Below are positions 41,373 to 54,452 of a stretch of 64,000 nucleotides of DNA, in pieces. Position 1 is the first letter of the stretch, and each line of letters begins with the position of its first letter. The DNA comes from the human T2T-CHM13v2.0 reference genome, Homo sapiens. A model generated the notes under the pieces. The model was not told where the DNA came from and did not search any database. It was given only the letters and a program-made list of their open reading frames with translations. A program made the translations under genes and the position numbers. The stretch is from the NCBI RefSeq assembly GCF_009914755.1, contig NC_060927.1; one strand, 5' to 3'.

Positions 41373-44300
41373 TTTGATTCCAAATATTGGCTACCATAAA
41401 TGCTGCAAGGAATCTGGAAGTGCAGATACCCTTTATATACTCACTTTATTTTCAGTGGAAATATACTCAGAAATGAGATTGTTAGGTCTTATGATAGTTT
41501 CATTTTTAATTTTTTCAAAAACATTCACACTGTTTTCCATAATGGTTATTCTAATTTACATTCTCACCAGCAATATATGCAATATATAAGGGCTTTCTTT
41601 TCTCCATCTCCTTGCCAAACTTGTTACTTTTTGTCATATTGATAGTTGCTATTTTAACAGGTGTGAAATGAAAATTCATTGTGGTTTTAAATTGTATTTC
41701 CCTAATTACTAATGATCTTGGGCATTTTTTCATATACCTGTTGGCTCTTTGTCTTTTGAGAAATTTGTCTTTAGATTCTTTGCCCATTTTTAAATCAGAT
41801 TATTTGTTTTCTTATCATTGAGTTGTTTGCATTATTTGTATATTTTGGATATTAACTCCTTATCAGATGTTTGACTTGCAAATATTTTCTCTTACTCTGT
41901 AGGTTGTCTCTTCATTCTGTTTATTATTTCCTTTGCTGTGCAGAATTGTTTTTGTTTGAAGCAATCCCATTTTTTAAGTTTTATTTTTGTTGCCAATGTG
42001 TTTGGAGACATACCCCCAAAAATCATTACCCAGAACAATGTCAAGAATCTTTTCCCCTGTTTTCTTCTAGTAGTTTTACAGTTACAGGACTTACATATAG
42101 CTATCCAGTCATCTCAGCATCAGTTAAGTTTTTAACACATTTTGAGTTGATTTTTGTATATGGTGTTATATAAGGGTCAAATTTTATTTGTCTACATATA
42201 GCTATCCAGCCATCTCAGCATCATTTATTGAAGAAACTTTCTCATTGTGTGTTCTTCACCCCGTTGTCAAAGATCAATTAGCTGTAAATGCCTAGATTTA
42301 TTTACAGGCTCTCTATTCCACCTGTTGGTCCACATGTGTGTTTTTTATGCCAGTAACATGCTGTTTTGGTTACTATTGCTTTGTGTACTATATTTTGAAG
42401 TCAGGTAGTGAGAAGCCTCTAGCTTTGTTCTTTTTATTAAAGATTGCATTAGCAATTCAGGGTATTTTGTGATTCCACACAAATTTTAGGATTTTTTTCT
42501 ACTTTTGATATTGGTATTTTGATAGGGATTGCACTGAATCTGTAGATCACTTTGGGAATTATGAACATTTTAACGATATTAATTCTTCCAATACATGAAC
42601 ATAGGATATCTTTCAACTTGTTTGTATCCTCTTCAATTTATTTTATCAGTGTTTTGTATTTTGTATTGTAAAGATTTTCACCTTCTGGTAAAGTATATTC
42701 CTAAGTATTTTATTTTTTTGATAGCTATTGTAAATGGCATTGCTTTCTTAATTTCTAGTTCAGATAGTTCACTATTATTGGCATATAGAAATGCTACTGA
42801 TTTGTGTGTTGATTTTTGTATTCTGAAAATTTACGAAATTCATTTATTCAAATAAGTTTTTATAGTCTATTAGGTTTTCCATATATAAGATCATGTTGTC
42901 TGACAATAGGGAAAATTTGACTTTTGTGTTTCCAGTTTAGATGCTCCTTATTTCTTTCTCTTGCCTAATTGACTAGGACCTCCAGTACTATGTTAAATAA
43001 CATTGGTGAAAGTGGCCATCCTTGTCTTTTTCAACTTTTCCCCATTCAGTATTGAACTGTGAGTTTGTCAAATATCTCCTTTACTGTGTTGAGATGTGTT
43101 TCTTTTATACATAATTTGTTGAGAGTTTCTAGCATGAAGGGATATTAAATTTTATCAAATATTTTTATTTCTGTGTATTGAGATAGGTTTTTGTCCTTCA
43201 CTCCATTGATGTGATGTATCATGTTCATTGATTTGCATGTGTTCAACCATCCTTATATCCCCAGGATGAACCCCACTTGATCATGGTAAACAATCTTTTC
43301 TGATGAGCTGTTGGATTCGGTTTTCTAGTATTTTGTTGAGGATTTTTGCACCTATGTTTATCAGGCATATTGGCCAGTATTTTTCATCTTCTATGTTTTA
43401 TTCTGCTTTTGGTATCAGGGTAATGCTGGCCACATATAATGAGTTTAGAAGAATTCCCTCCACCTTAATTTTTGGAATAATTCAATAAAAATTGATGTTA
43501 GTTATTCTTTAAATGTTTTCTAAAATTCAATCATCGAGATCCTGGGTTTTTCTTTGATAGGAGATGTTTCATTACTTAATCTTATTGCTTTTTATTGATC
43601 CTTTCAGGTTTTGTTTTTCTTCATGATTCAAGAAGTATGAATCTGGTGGTTGTATGTTTACAGGAATTTATTTCTCATAGGTTTTTCAGTTTGTTTGTAT
43701 ATAGTTGTTACAAATAGTCTTTAGTGATTCTTAATATTTCTGTGGTATCAGTTGTAATGTTTCCATTTTAATCTTTGATTTTATTTGAGTCTTCTCATTT
43801 TTTCTTAATCTGGCTAAATGTCTGATGATTTTGTTAAACCCAACTTTTTGTTATATCTTTTTTGTATTATTGTAGTCTTTATTTTATTTATTTCTGCTCT
43901 GAACATTATTTCTTTACTTTTACTATTTCTATTTTACTATTTTATATTGCTTATTTCCTTAGGTTCAACATTAGGCTGTTTATTTGAGCTCTTTCTACTT
44001 CTTTTTTTTAAATTTAGCCATTTATTGCCATAAACTTTTCCCTTAGAACTGCTTATGCTGTATCCCATAGGTTTTGGTATGTTGTATTTCCATTTTTACT
44101 TGTCTTGAGATATTTAAAATATTTAAAACTTTTCTTCTCTTTTTTTTTAATGGCCTATTTGTTGTTTCAAAGCATGTTGCTTAATTTATATGTATTTTTA
44201 CAGTTTACAAAGTTTCTTTTATTATTGATTTCTAATTTTAGGCCATTGTCAGAAAACGTACTTGATATAATTTTGATTTTAAAAATTTGTTACAACTTGT

Positions 44301-44869
44301 TTTGTAGCCTCACATATGGTCTGTCCTGAAGAATGTTCCCTGTGCTGTTGAAAAAAAAAGTGTATTCTTCAGATGTTGAAAAGACTTTTCTGTAGGTAAC
44401 TGTTAGGACCATTTGATCCAGAGTGCAGTTTAACTCCAATGTTTCTTTGTTGATTTTCTATTTGGATGATCTGTATGTTGCTGAAAGTGGGATGTTAAAA
44501 TCACTTACGATTATAATATCGCAGTCTATCTCTCCCTTTAGGTCTATTTCTATTTGCTTTATATGTTTAGGTGCTCCAGTGTTGAGTACATATATAATTG
44601 TTATACCTTCTTGCTGTATTACCTCCTTAATTATTATATTATGGCCTTCTTTGACTCTTCTAACAGTTTTTAGACGTCCTCACTTGGTCTAATTTTGTTT
44701 TTACAGGTGAAGTGAGTTTCTTGTAGACAGCATATAGTTGCATCTTGCTTTTCTTTTTTTTCATTCAGCCATTTTATGAATTTTACTGGACAATTTAATC
44801 CATTTACATTCAAGGTAATTATTTTTGGGTAAAAATTTATTCCTGTCATTTTGTGACTTGTTTTTTAGA

Positions 44870-44965
44870 TCTTTTCTTTCCTTCCTTTCCTTCCTTCCTT
44901 CTCTCTCTCTTTCTCTTTCTTTCTTTCTTTGTTTCTTTCTTTCTTTGTGTCTTTCTCTCTTTCAC
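44870..44965. repeat. (TTCC)/(TTTC)/(TC) simple repeat
   Basis: Directly visible. Confidence 0.9.
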
Positions 44966-45922
44966 CGTCTTTGTGGCTAAGTGATTCTCCAATAGTATGT
45001 TTTGATTTATTGCTTTTTACTTTTAGTGGATTTATTATAACTTTTGCCTTGTAGTTACCACGGGGATTACAAAAAGACCTTATAGTTAAAATAAGTTATT
45101 TTAATTTGGTAATGACCTAACTTTCATTACACAAGAAAAGATAAAAATTCTACACTTTAACTCCATTCCACTTCATTTTGTATATTTGATGTCACATTTT
45201 ACATCTTTTCATATTGGCTATCCATTAACGAGTTAATATAATTGTATCTAATAGTTTTGCCTGTTAGGGTTCATACTAAGATATAAGTGGTTTATGCAGT
45301 ACAATTACAGTATTAGAGTATTAAATTAAGTATAACTTGTTTGTGTACCTATTTTCCCAATGAGTTTTTAACTTTCGGATGTTTCCCTGTTACATATTAG
45401 AATCTTTTTCTTTTCATTAGTTTGAAAAACTTCCTTTAGCATTCCTTGTAGGACAAGTCTTGTTGAAATTAATTTCATCTGCTTCTGTCTCCTTGGGAAA
45501 GTATTGAACTTGCTTTTATCTCCAGAGGACAGCTTTTTTAGGTACAACATTCTTAATTGGCAGTATTTTTGTCTTTTTCTTCCCATTCAGTATGCTGAAT
45601 ATATTCTCCCACTCCCTCTTGCCTGCAGTGTTTCTTCTGAGAAGTCTGCTGCCAGGAGTATGGAAGTCCCTTATATGTTATTTGCTTCTTTTCTCTCACT
45701 GCTTTCAGAATCCTTTGTCTTTGACCTTTGAGCAATTCATTGCAATCTGTGATCAGGTAGTCTTATTTGGGTTGAATTTGTTTATTTTTTTAAACCTTTG
45801 TTTAAAAAGTTTAACCTTCCTGTACTTAAGAATTTATATCTTTCTCTTTGTTTGAAGGAAGTTTCTGTTATTGTTTCTTTGAATTAGTTTCGTACACCTT
45901 TGTTTTTCTGAACTCTCTTCTC

Positions 45923-46043
45923 TTTATTTTTGGAGACAGGTCTTACTGTGTTGCCTAATCTGGCCTTAAATTCCTGGGTTCAAGTGATTCATTTACCTCA
46001 GCCTCATGAGTAGCTGTCATTACATATGCATGCCACTATGGCT
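45923..46043 (-). mobile_element. FLAM (free left Alu monomer)
   Basis: 'ggagacaggtcttactgtgttgcc...cctcagcctcatgagtagctg'; single monomer. Confidence 0.8.
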
Positions 46044-46808
46044 GAAATCTCTCTTGAACTCCAATAACCCATATATTTTCTCTTTTGATGTTGTTTTGTA
46101 GATCCCATAGGCTTTTTGTTTCTTTATTTTTTCTCTTATTTTCTAACAGTTTGTCTTCAAGCTCACTTATTCTAACTTCTGTTTGATCAGCTCTGCTGTT
46201 AATGCTCTCTCACATTTTTCATTTCATTCATCAAATATTTCAGGTCCAGGACTTATTATTATTATTTTGATGTGTTAAATTTCTCCAAGTTTCAGAATTC
46301 TTTCTGTATGTTTTCTTGAAATTTGTTGAGCTTCTTTAAAACAGCTATTTTGAATTTTTGTCTGATAGATTACACATCTCCATCACTTTATAGTCAGCCT
46401 CTGAAGGCTTATTCTGTCCATTTGGTAAGGTCATATTTCTCTGAATGTTCATGATGCTTTTGGATATGTAGTGTTGTTTGTGCATTGATCAATTAGGTAT
46501 TTATTCCAGTCTTCACAGTCTAGCTTTGTTTGTGCCTGTCCTTCTTCAGAGGACCTTCTAGAGATTCTAAGCAGACTAGCTGTTATGTTCCCTGAGTTTG
46601 TGACCACTACAGCTGTCTCAGAGCTAGAGGAGGCTTTAAGCCCAGGAGTGACATGAGTCTCTGGGGATTCTGAGGTTGACATGGCTTTTTAGCTCATATA
46701 GACCTGAGAGAGACCTAAGGACAGTACCTTGGCTGTGTGAGAAAGCTGGTCTGGGACCTGACCAGTTGGTCCCAGTGTCCCAAATGGGCATGCATCTCAG
46801 TAGCACCC

Positions 46809-49079
46809 TGTATTAGTCCGATTTCATGCTGCTGATAACAACATACCCAAGACTGGGAAATTCATAAAAGAAAGAGATTTAGTGGACTTACAGTTCCATG
46901 TGGTTGGGGAAGCCTCACAATCATGGTGAAAGTCAAGGAGGGGAAAGTCATGTCTTACATGGATGGCAGCATGTGAAGAGAGAGAGAGAGCTTGTGCAGG
47001 GGAACTCCTCTTTATAAAACCATCAGATCTTGTGAGACTTATTCACTATCATGAGAACAGCATGGGAATGACTTATCCGCATGATTCAATTACCTCTCAC
47101 TGGGTCCCTCCTACAACATGTGGGGATTCAAGATAAGATTTGGGTGGGGACACAGCCAAACCATATCATTCCACCCCAGCCTCTCCCATATCTTATGTCC
47201 TCACATTTCAAAACCAATCATGCCTTCCCAACAGTCCCCCAAAGTCTTAACTCAATTTCAGCATTAACTCAAAACTCCACAGTCCAAAGTCTCATCTGAG
47301 ACAAGGAAAGTCCCTTCCATCTATGAACCTGTAAAATCAAAAGCAAGTAGTTACTTCCTAGATACAATGAAGGTACAGGCATTGGATAAATGCACCCACT
47401 GCAAATGGGAGAAATTGGCCAAAACGAAGGGGCTACAGGCCCCAAGTCAGTCCAAAATCCAGAGGGGGAGTCAAATTTTAAAGTTCCAAAATCATCTCCT
47501 TTTATTTCACGTCTCACATTCGGATCACAATGATGCAAGGGGTGGGCTCCCATGGTTTCAGGCAGCTCTACCCCTGTGATTTTGCAGGGTACAGCCTCCT
47601 TCCCAGCTGCTATCATGGGCTGGCATTGAGTTTCTGTAGCTTTTTCAGGTGCATGGTGCAAACTGTCGGTGGATCTACCATTCTGGGGTCTGAAGGACAA
47701 TGGCTGTCTCCTCACAGCTCCACTAGGTGGTGCCCCAGCAGAGACTCCGTATGGGGGCTCTGACCTCGAATTTCTCTTCCACACTGCCCTAGCAGAGGTT
47801 CTCCATGAGAGCCCCACCCCTGCAGCAAACTCCTGCGCGAACATCGCAGCATCTCCATACATCCTCTGAAATCCAGAGAGAGGTTCCCAAACCTCAATTC
47901 TTGACCTCTGTGCACCTGTAGGCTCAACACCATGTGGAGCCTGCCAAGGCTTGGGGCTTGCACCCTCTGAAGCCACAGCCTGAGCTGTTTGTTGGCCCCT
48001 TTTAGCTATGGCTGGAGTGGCTGAGATGCAGGGCACCAAGTCCTTAGGCTACACACAGCAGGGGGACCCTGGGCCCAGCCCACAAAACCATCTTTTCCTC
48101 CTAGGCCTCCAGGCCTGTGATGGCAGGGGCTGCCATGAAGACCTCTGACATGCCCTAGAGACATTTTTCCCATTTTTCTTGGGGATTAATATTGGGCTTC
48201 TTGTTACTTACACAAATTTCTGCAGCTGGCATAAATTTCTCATCAGAAAAAGGAATTTTCTTTTCTATTGAATTGTCAAGTTGCAAATTATCCAATCTTT
48301 CATGCTCTGCTTCCCTTATAAAGCTGAATGCCTTTAACAGCACCAAGTCACATCTTGAATGCTTTGCTGCTTAGAAATTTCTTCTGCCAGATACCCTAAA
48401 TCATCTCTCTCAAGTTCAAAGTCCCACAGATCTCTAGGGCACGGGCAAAATGCCACCAGTCTCTTTGGTAAAACATAGCAAGAGTTATCTTTGCTCCAGT
48501 TCCCAACAAGTTCCTCATCTCCATCTGAGACCACCTCAACCTGGATTTCATTGTCCATATCACTGTCAGCATTTTGGGGAAAGTCATTCAACAAGTCTCT
48601 AGGAAGTTCCAAACTTTCCCACATTTTCCTGTCTTCTTCTGAGCCCTCCAAACTGTTCCAACCCCTGCCTGTTACCCAGTTCCAAAGTTGCTTCCACTCT
48701 TTTGGGTATCTTTTCAGAAGCACCCCACTCTTCTGGTGCCAATTTACTGTATCAGTCCATTGTCACACTGCTGATAAACACATACCTGAGACTGGGAAAT
48801 GTACAAAAGAAAGAGGTTTAATGGACTTACAGTTCCACGTGGCTGGGGAAGCCTCACAATCATGGTGAAAGGAAAGGAGGAACAAGTCATGCCTTACATG
48901 TATGGCAGCAGGCAAAGAGAGAGAGAGCTTGTATAGTGGAACTCCTCTTTTTTAAACCATCAGATCTTGTGAGACTTATTCACTATCATGAGAACAGCAT
49001 GGGAAAGACTTACCCCATGATTCAATTACTTCCCACTGGATCCCTCCCACAACATGTAAGAGTTCAAGAAACCATATCA
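46809..49079 (-). mobile_element. full-length THE1 (THE1B-like) MaLR provirus: LTR 46809-47168, internal 47169-48747, LTR 48748-49079
   Basis: TG...CA LTRs; 5-bp TSD caccc at 46804-46808 and 49080-49084; THE1-int peptides such as LEGSEEDRKMWESLELPRDLL. Confidence 0.96.
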
Positions 49080-50209
49080 CACCCTGCATGGTTCCTCAAC
49101 TGCAGCAAGAAGGGCTGGAGCCAATACTGGGCCCCCTCAGGGTATACTATGAGACAGAAGCTGGTTAGTCTGTCTCATTTGTTTTGCGGGTAGACATCTC
49201 CCTACAGGTTCCTGTACATAAAGGATAGTTTCCTGACTGCAATGAGAATGGGGAGAGCTGAGAACTCGGCTCCCTCCGGATCTTCTGTGGGATGGAGGCT
49301 GGTGATCCTGTCTCACTGGTTCAGCAGGTACTTCTCTCTTCGCAGGTCCTTACATAAGAGTCCTCAACTACAGTGAGAGGGGCCAGAGCTGAGACTGGGC
49401 ATCTTGGGATCTGTTGTGGAATGGACACTGGTGAGCCTACCTCATTAGCTCAAATGGGAGTGCCCCTTCAAGCATGTTTCTGCACAGGCAAGATAGGTCT
49501 CTGACTGTAGCATGAAGGGCTGGAGCTATGACTGGCCCCCCTTGAGAACTGCTCTGGGACAGAGGTTAATGAACCCATCCCCTCTCTCAAATGGGTACAC
49601 ATCTCTCAGTATGTCCCTGCACAGGTGGGGCAGGTCTCTGACTGCAGTAAGACTGGCCAGAGCTGAGATTGGATCCCCTAAGGATATGCTGTGGAATGGA
49701 GATATGTGAGCCTGTCACAGAGGTTCAGACCCTCAGGCATTGAGATATGGTCAAGTTTACCTATGGGTCCTTTGGCAAGCAGTTCTAAGCTAGGACCTCA
49801 ACTGAGAGGTCTGGAGCCATGCTACAGGAAAACTTTCAGGCCTCTGCTGAGACAAATGTCAGTAGGCACCTGAAATTCTCCACTGAGGCACTAGTGTTTG
49901 TGATTACTGCTGGACCTCTTGGCAGATGGTTTTGATTATAGGCTTGAGGACAAATGGGGTTGTAGCCAAGCTATTTTAGAAATGGGACTGTTTCTGGGTT
50001 TGAGCCTGGAAGAATGATCAGTGGGTCTGCTAGTTGGATGCTGCTCTTGCATTCCAAATGTCCTTCATAGGTCTTGGGTGTCACTGGAATTTCACAACTT
50101 CCTACCTGAATCCTGAAACTCCCACAGAGAGACTTTTGTCTGTGGATGGGTACAGAATTCTTGTTGTGGGGAAATAACCAGGTTGCCTCCCATTTCAACT
50201 TGCTGGCAT

Positions 50210-50827
50210 CATTCCAGCTTTATTCTTTATGCTCACGATTTTTCTGCTACTTGGGATCTTTTGTGAGCTTTTATGGTTTTATACAAATTAAAAAATGTTT
50301 TTTCTATTTCTGTGAAAAATGCTATGGGAATTTTGGTGGAGATTACTTTGACTCTATATATTGCTTTGGGTAGTATGGATTTCTTAATAATATTCTGATA
50401 TCTTTCCATTTGTGTCATCTTCAGTTTCTTTCATCAGTGTTTTATAGTTTTCAGTGTGTAGACATTTTACCTCCTTGATTAAATTTTCTTTAGTATTTCA
50501 TTTGTTTATTTGATGCTATTATAAATGGGTTTGTTTTTATATTTCTTTTTTGCATAGTTTGTTGTTATTGTACAGAAATGCTGCTGATTGTTGTATGTTG
50601 ATTTTATATCTTATAACTTTACTAAAATAGTTTATTAGTTCTAACAATTTTGGGGAGAAATCTTTAGGGTTTTCTATGATTTCTAAACTCATTGCCATCT
50701 GGAAACAGGATGTTTTTACTACTTTCTTTTTAATTTGGATGTCTTTTGTTTCTTTTTCTTGTCTAATTGCTCTGGCTAGGACTTCTAGTACTATATTGGT
50801 AGAAGTGGTAAGAGGGAGCACCCTTGT
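50210..50827 (-). mobile_element. L1M ORF2 RT fragment
   Basis: [37 protein letters not shown]. Confidence 0.88.
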
Positions 50828-51119
50828 AATAGTTCTTAAATGTTGTGGTGGTATAACTTTAGGACTATTAGTTTCAAGATCATGTCCTGTTTTAAACTGA
50901 GATATTCCTGCCTCTGCCACTAGACACAGGATTATTTTAGAGATAAGACATGCTTGGAGGTGCATCTTCTATATGTTTTAACTAGTAGGCTTGGCATCTC
51001 CTCAAAGTGATTCACATTTGGGAAGCTGAGAGAATGCAGCATCTGTCATGAATTAGAAAAGAAGTGGTCTTCTCAGTATATGCTGCTTATGAAACAAGCA
51101 AATGACTGGTCTACTGTAT

Positions 51120-51278
51120 ATTAGAGATCCTGGGCTCTAGCCTCACATCTGCTTCACTCACAGCTGATTGCCCTTTAGCAAATCACTCCAGCTTTCTGAG
51201 CTTCAACATGGTATTCTACTAAAATGAGGAGTTTGCTTTTCTAATGTGTTTGTTATCTCCCAAGTTGCATGATTCTAT
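51120..51278 (+). mobile_element. MIR3-like SINE
   Basis: 'gatcctgggctctag...gcaaatcact...aaaatgaggagttt...gattctat'. Confidence 0.6.
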
Positions 51279-51359
51279 TTTAGGGGTCAGGCCTGCAGTA
51301 TTTTAGATATTCACAAAGGCAGAAGCCGCTCATTTCTTGCTGAACTGAGAAACCATCTA

Positions 51360-51696
51360 CAGTTGTCCCACAGTATCTGCAAGGGGAATTGGTGTCAGGG
51401 CCCCCTGCAGGTACCAAAATCCATTAATGACCAAGTTTCTTGTATAAAATGGTATAGTATTTGCATATAACCTATGCACATCCTCCTGTATACTTTAAAT
51501 TATCTTTAGATTACTTATAATACTTAATAAAATGTAAATGTTATGTATGTTATCTAAATAGTTGTTACACTGTATTATTTTTATTTGTATTATTTCTAAT
51601 GGTTGTATTGTTATTTTTAATTTTTTTTAAAAAAACTTTTGATCCACAGTTGGTTAAACCACAGAGGCAGAACCCACAGATACAGAGAGTTTGCTG
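51360..51696 (+). mobile_element. MER2 (Tigger-derived MITE)
   Basis: 'ta|cagttgtcccacagtatc...gtatttgcatataacctatgcacatcctcctgtatactttaaa'. Confidence 0.9.
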
Positions 51697-52399
51697 CATT
51701 GTTAGTCACTTTTTTCTTTTTGGTGAATTAGGTTAAATAAGGTCCCTGTTTGTCTTTTGTCCTTATTTGAGGGCACACATTCTCAGAAAATCTGCAGTGC
51801 TTTAGGTTTAAGGGCTGGCAGTATTGAGACTTCCATTCACAGCCAGGTAGTTTTTGTGAGTTTATAACTTAGTTTGCTGAGACAAGTGACATGCATAATA
51901 GAATTGCCACATATTTGTATATGAGATCACTGTGTCTGCCAGCTGAGTTCAAAATGAAGAGAGCAAGACTGCATTTCACCACCTCTGCAAAACAGAGGGT
52001 GATTTTGTTGCTTTTAAAGTTTACTGTGTACTGACATACAAGTGTGAGATAGAGCAACATTTTATGCACAACCAGTAATATATCTGGGTTTAAAAAAACA
52101 AAACAAAAGGAATAACTGTCTTGTTCTTGATGGTGCCTGACAGATAAAGTGTTAGATATTTTGGAATGAATTAAGAAAGCTGTTTTCTTTTTCTGGTCTT
52201 TAATAACATTCTTTTTGCAGTAATCAAATGAAAGAATGAATTTAAACTAAAAGAACAAATTCCCAAACCAACTTTATTTTCATTTCCTGCCTTCAATGTC
52301 TAATCAACTCCACTTGCTTCTCTTTCTACCTCTTTCTAGTTTCTCCCCTCCAGTGAGTATATTTAAAAGGATACCATTTTCTTTTTGGGGAGAGGGAAG

Positions 52400-52830
52400 A
52401 ATGATGAATGCAAGACTGGAGTCAGGGTGGTCAATTAAGAAATGACTGTGGTTACAATAACCCAGGTAAGAAGTGATGAGAACCTCAATGAGGACAGGGT
52501 CAGTAGGAATGAGGAGGGAGCAGTCTTGAGAAATACCAATGAAGCAGAAGGTCTAAACTAAGTGACTAGGAGAAATCCAGCAAGGTTTTTATCTTCTGAC
52601 TTGAAGGATTAAGGATTTGTGGTAGCATCATCAACCTGCAGAGGACAGCAGGCTTGGGGAAAGATTGTGAAGTCTGTTAAGAAAACATGATTTGAGCGGC
52701 CTGAGGCCTCTTTAAGTTGTGATGTCAAAGAAATAGTCGAATACGTAGGTCTGTTGCTTAACAGAAATTTGCAATACTATGAGCTTGATAATATTTCTAT
52801 TTTTAAAGCCAGGAGAGTGAGTCAAAGAGG
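52400..52830 (-). mobile_element. L2 fragment
   Basis: 'caagactggagtcaggg...ccaggtaagaagtgatgag'. Confidence 0.65.
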
Positions 52831-53559
52831 TCATTTACTTAGGAAAGTAAATTTACAGTAGATGGCAGATTGGGCACTAAAAGTCATATGCATTTTGTCC
52901 TTTCTTTAAACAGCTGCAGTGAGTCTTTAAAACAAATGCCTAGAAAGCTGTCTGAGCATTCAAAGCTTTTTCTGTGAAAAATCTATATTAGAGTATCTTC
53001 CTGTCATCAAAGAAAACCATGCATGAGAAAAAGAAGAGTCTGGAAGAAGTTTCAATGTTAATATATAATGACATTTCACCTACGTCTCATCTATTCTCTT
53101 TCAAAATGTGGACTCCTTGCCCTAGAATCAGCACACATGCTAAAAACATAGGCTTTGGATGGGATCTGGGAGGCACGCAGACCTTGACAATTCTGGCGTC
53201 TGCTGATTCTACTTCCTATCAAATAAACCATGTTTGTTTGATGCTGTGGTTCCTGTGGTTATCACTCAGATAGGGGGCCAGAGAGTTTATAAGCAGAGGA
53301 ACTGGACTCTTCTATTCTAGCACTGTTGGTGACCAGATGGCTTCACTTTCTTCTTTTTCTTTCCTCTCCAGACTCCTTCCTCATCAACTTTTTTATTTTT
53401 CTTTCTCCCAAAAGCAAATCTGCCTCAACCCCAGCACTGATTGCTAGTTTCCTCCTCGGCTAAAAGCTTTTAACCTGTTTACTCTTTGCTCCAGCTAACC
53501 CAGAGAAAGTGAGAACCCTGTGCCAGGTAATCCCTGATCTTGACCAAGAAGCTAACAGC

Positions 53560-53640
53560 TGTGAGAGGAAAATATCTTTGGGCGCCTTTAACCTGGAAAC
53601 TGCTTGGGGCAAATATGCCTCCCATTCCATTCAAAATCAT
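53560..53640 (+). mobile_element. MER4A-like ERV1 LTR 5' fragment
   Basis: 'tgtgagaggaaaatatctttggg...ggcaaatatgcctcccattccattcaaaatcat'. Confidence 0.65.
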
Positions 53641-54238
53641 CAGCTATAGGCAGAGAGGGTCCAACAAAAAGTCCTTATTCCCACCCGAGAAAAATTCTAT
53701 GCCCTCCCCTGGTTACACAAGGACTTGCATATCAGGACTGCCACGTGTTTAATAGAACATTAGATCACTGCCATTATACTTGAAGAGATGGTTACAGAAA
53801 CTTTTAAAAAGTATTTTCCTTCCTTGATTCTTAGCTCTTTGCTCTAAATTTTACTTGTGCCATCGGCATAATCTCAACAACTGTTTTACATTTCAAGCCA
53901 TTTCATTCCATTACCTAGAGTTGAGTGCTTTGAAGCTGCCATGAAATTTTTATAGACTAATTTTTTAAAGTACCACAAATGTGAATGAGAGGAACTATAT
54001 GTTATAATATCAGAATGCAAAAATACCACTTTATATTTTCAGATTGCTTTGAATGTGATGATTCTGTGGGGCTTTACAGAATACACAGTAAATGTAGCAT
54101 GATTAGAAAGTTTGCATCCCCAAGCTGGCACTTCCTGTTAGCCCTTACTAAGGGCTTTGGTAACTATATAAAACGGGATGCTCAGTAATGCATAAAATAA
54201 GTTTAAAATGCCTATTTTAAATTCAATAAGTTTAAGTA

Positions 54239-54452
54239 CAGTTTTCCCTTGGTATATGTGAAGGATTGCTTCCAGGATTGCCCACATTTACAAAAATCCA
54301 CACAAACTCAAGTCCCATAGTTGGTCTCGTGGAACCCATGTATATTCGGGTTTTGTATCTGTAACTACTGTATTTTCCGTCCATGTTCGATTGAAAAAAA
54401 GCCACATGTAAGTTGACCCATACAGTTCAAATGTGTTGTTCAAGGGTCAACT
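54239..54452 (+). mobile_element. MER8 (Tigger MITE)
   Basis: 'ta|cagttttcccttggtat...cagttcaaatgtgttgttcaagggtcaact'. Confidence 0.88.

Larger units (their letters stand above)
41373..50200 (-). mobile_element. long old L1 (L1MA/L1M2-like): ORF2, ORF1 and 5' region, interrupted by FLAM, microsatellite and THE1
   Basis: ORF2 remnant REIQFKTTMNFHFTPVKIA; ORF1 remnant RILKAVREKKQITYKG; 5' monomer array. Confidence 0.85.

Noticed and set aside
49090-49720. Periodic repeats as a novel repeat-spacer system
   Set aside because: Whole units are mutually similar and contiguous with an L1 5' region.
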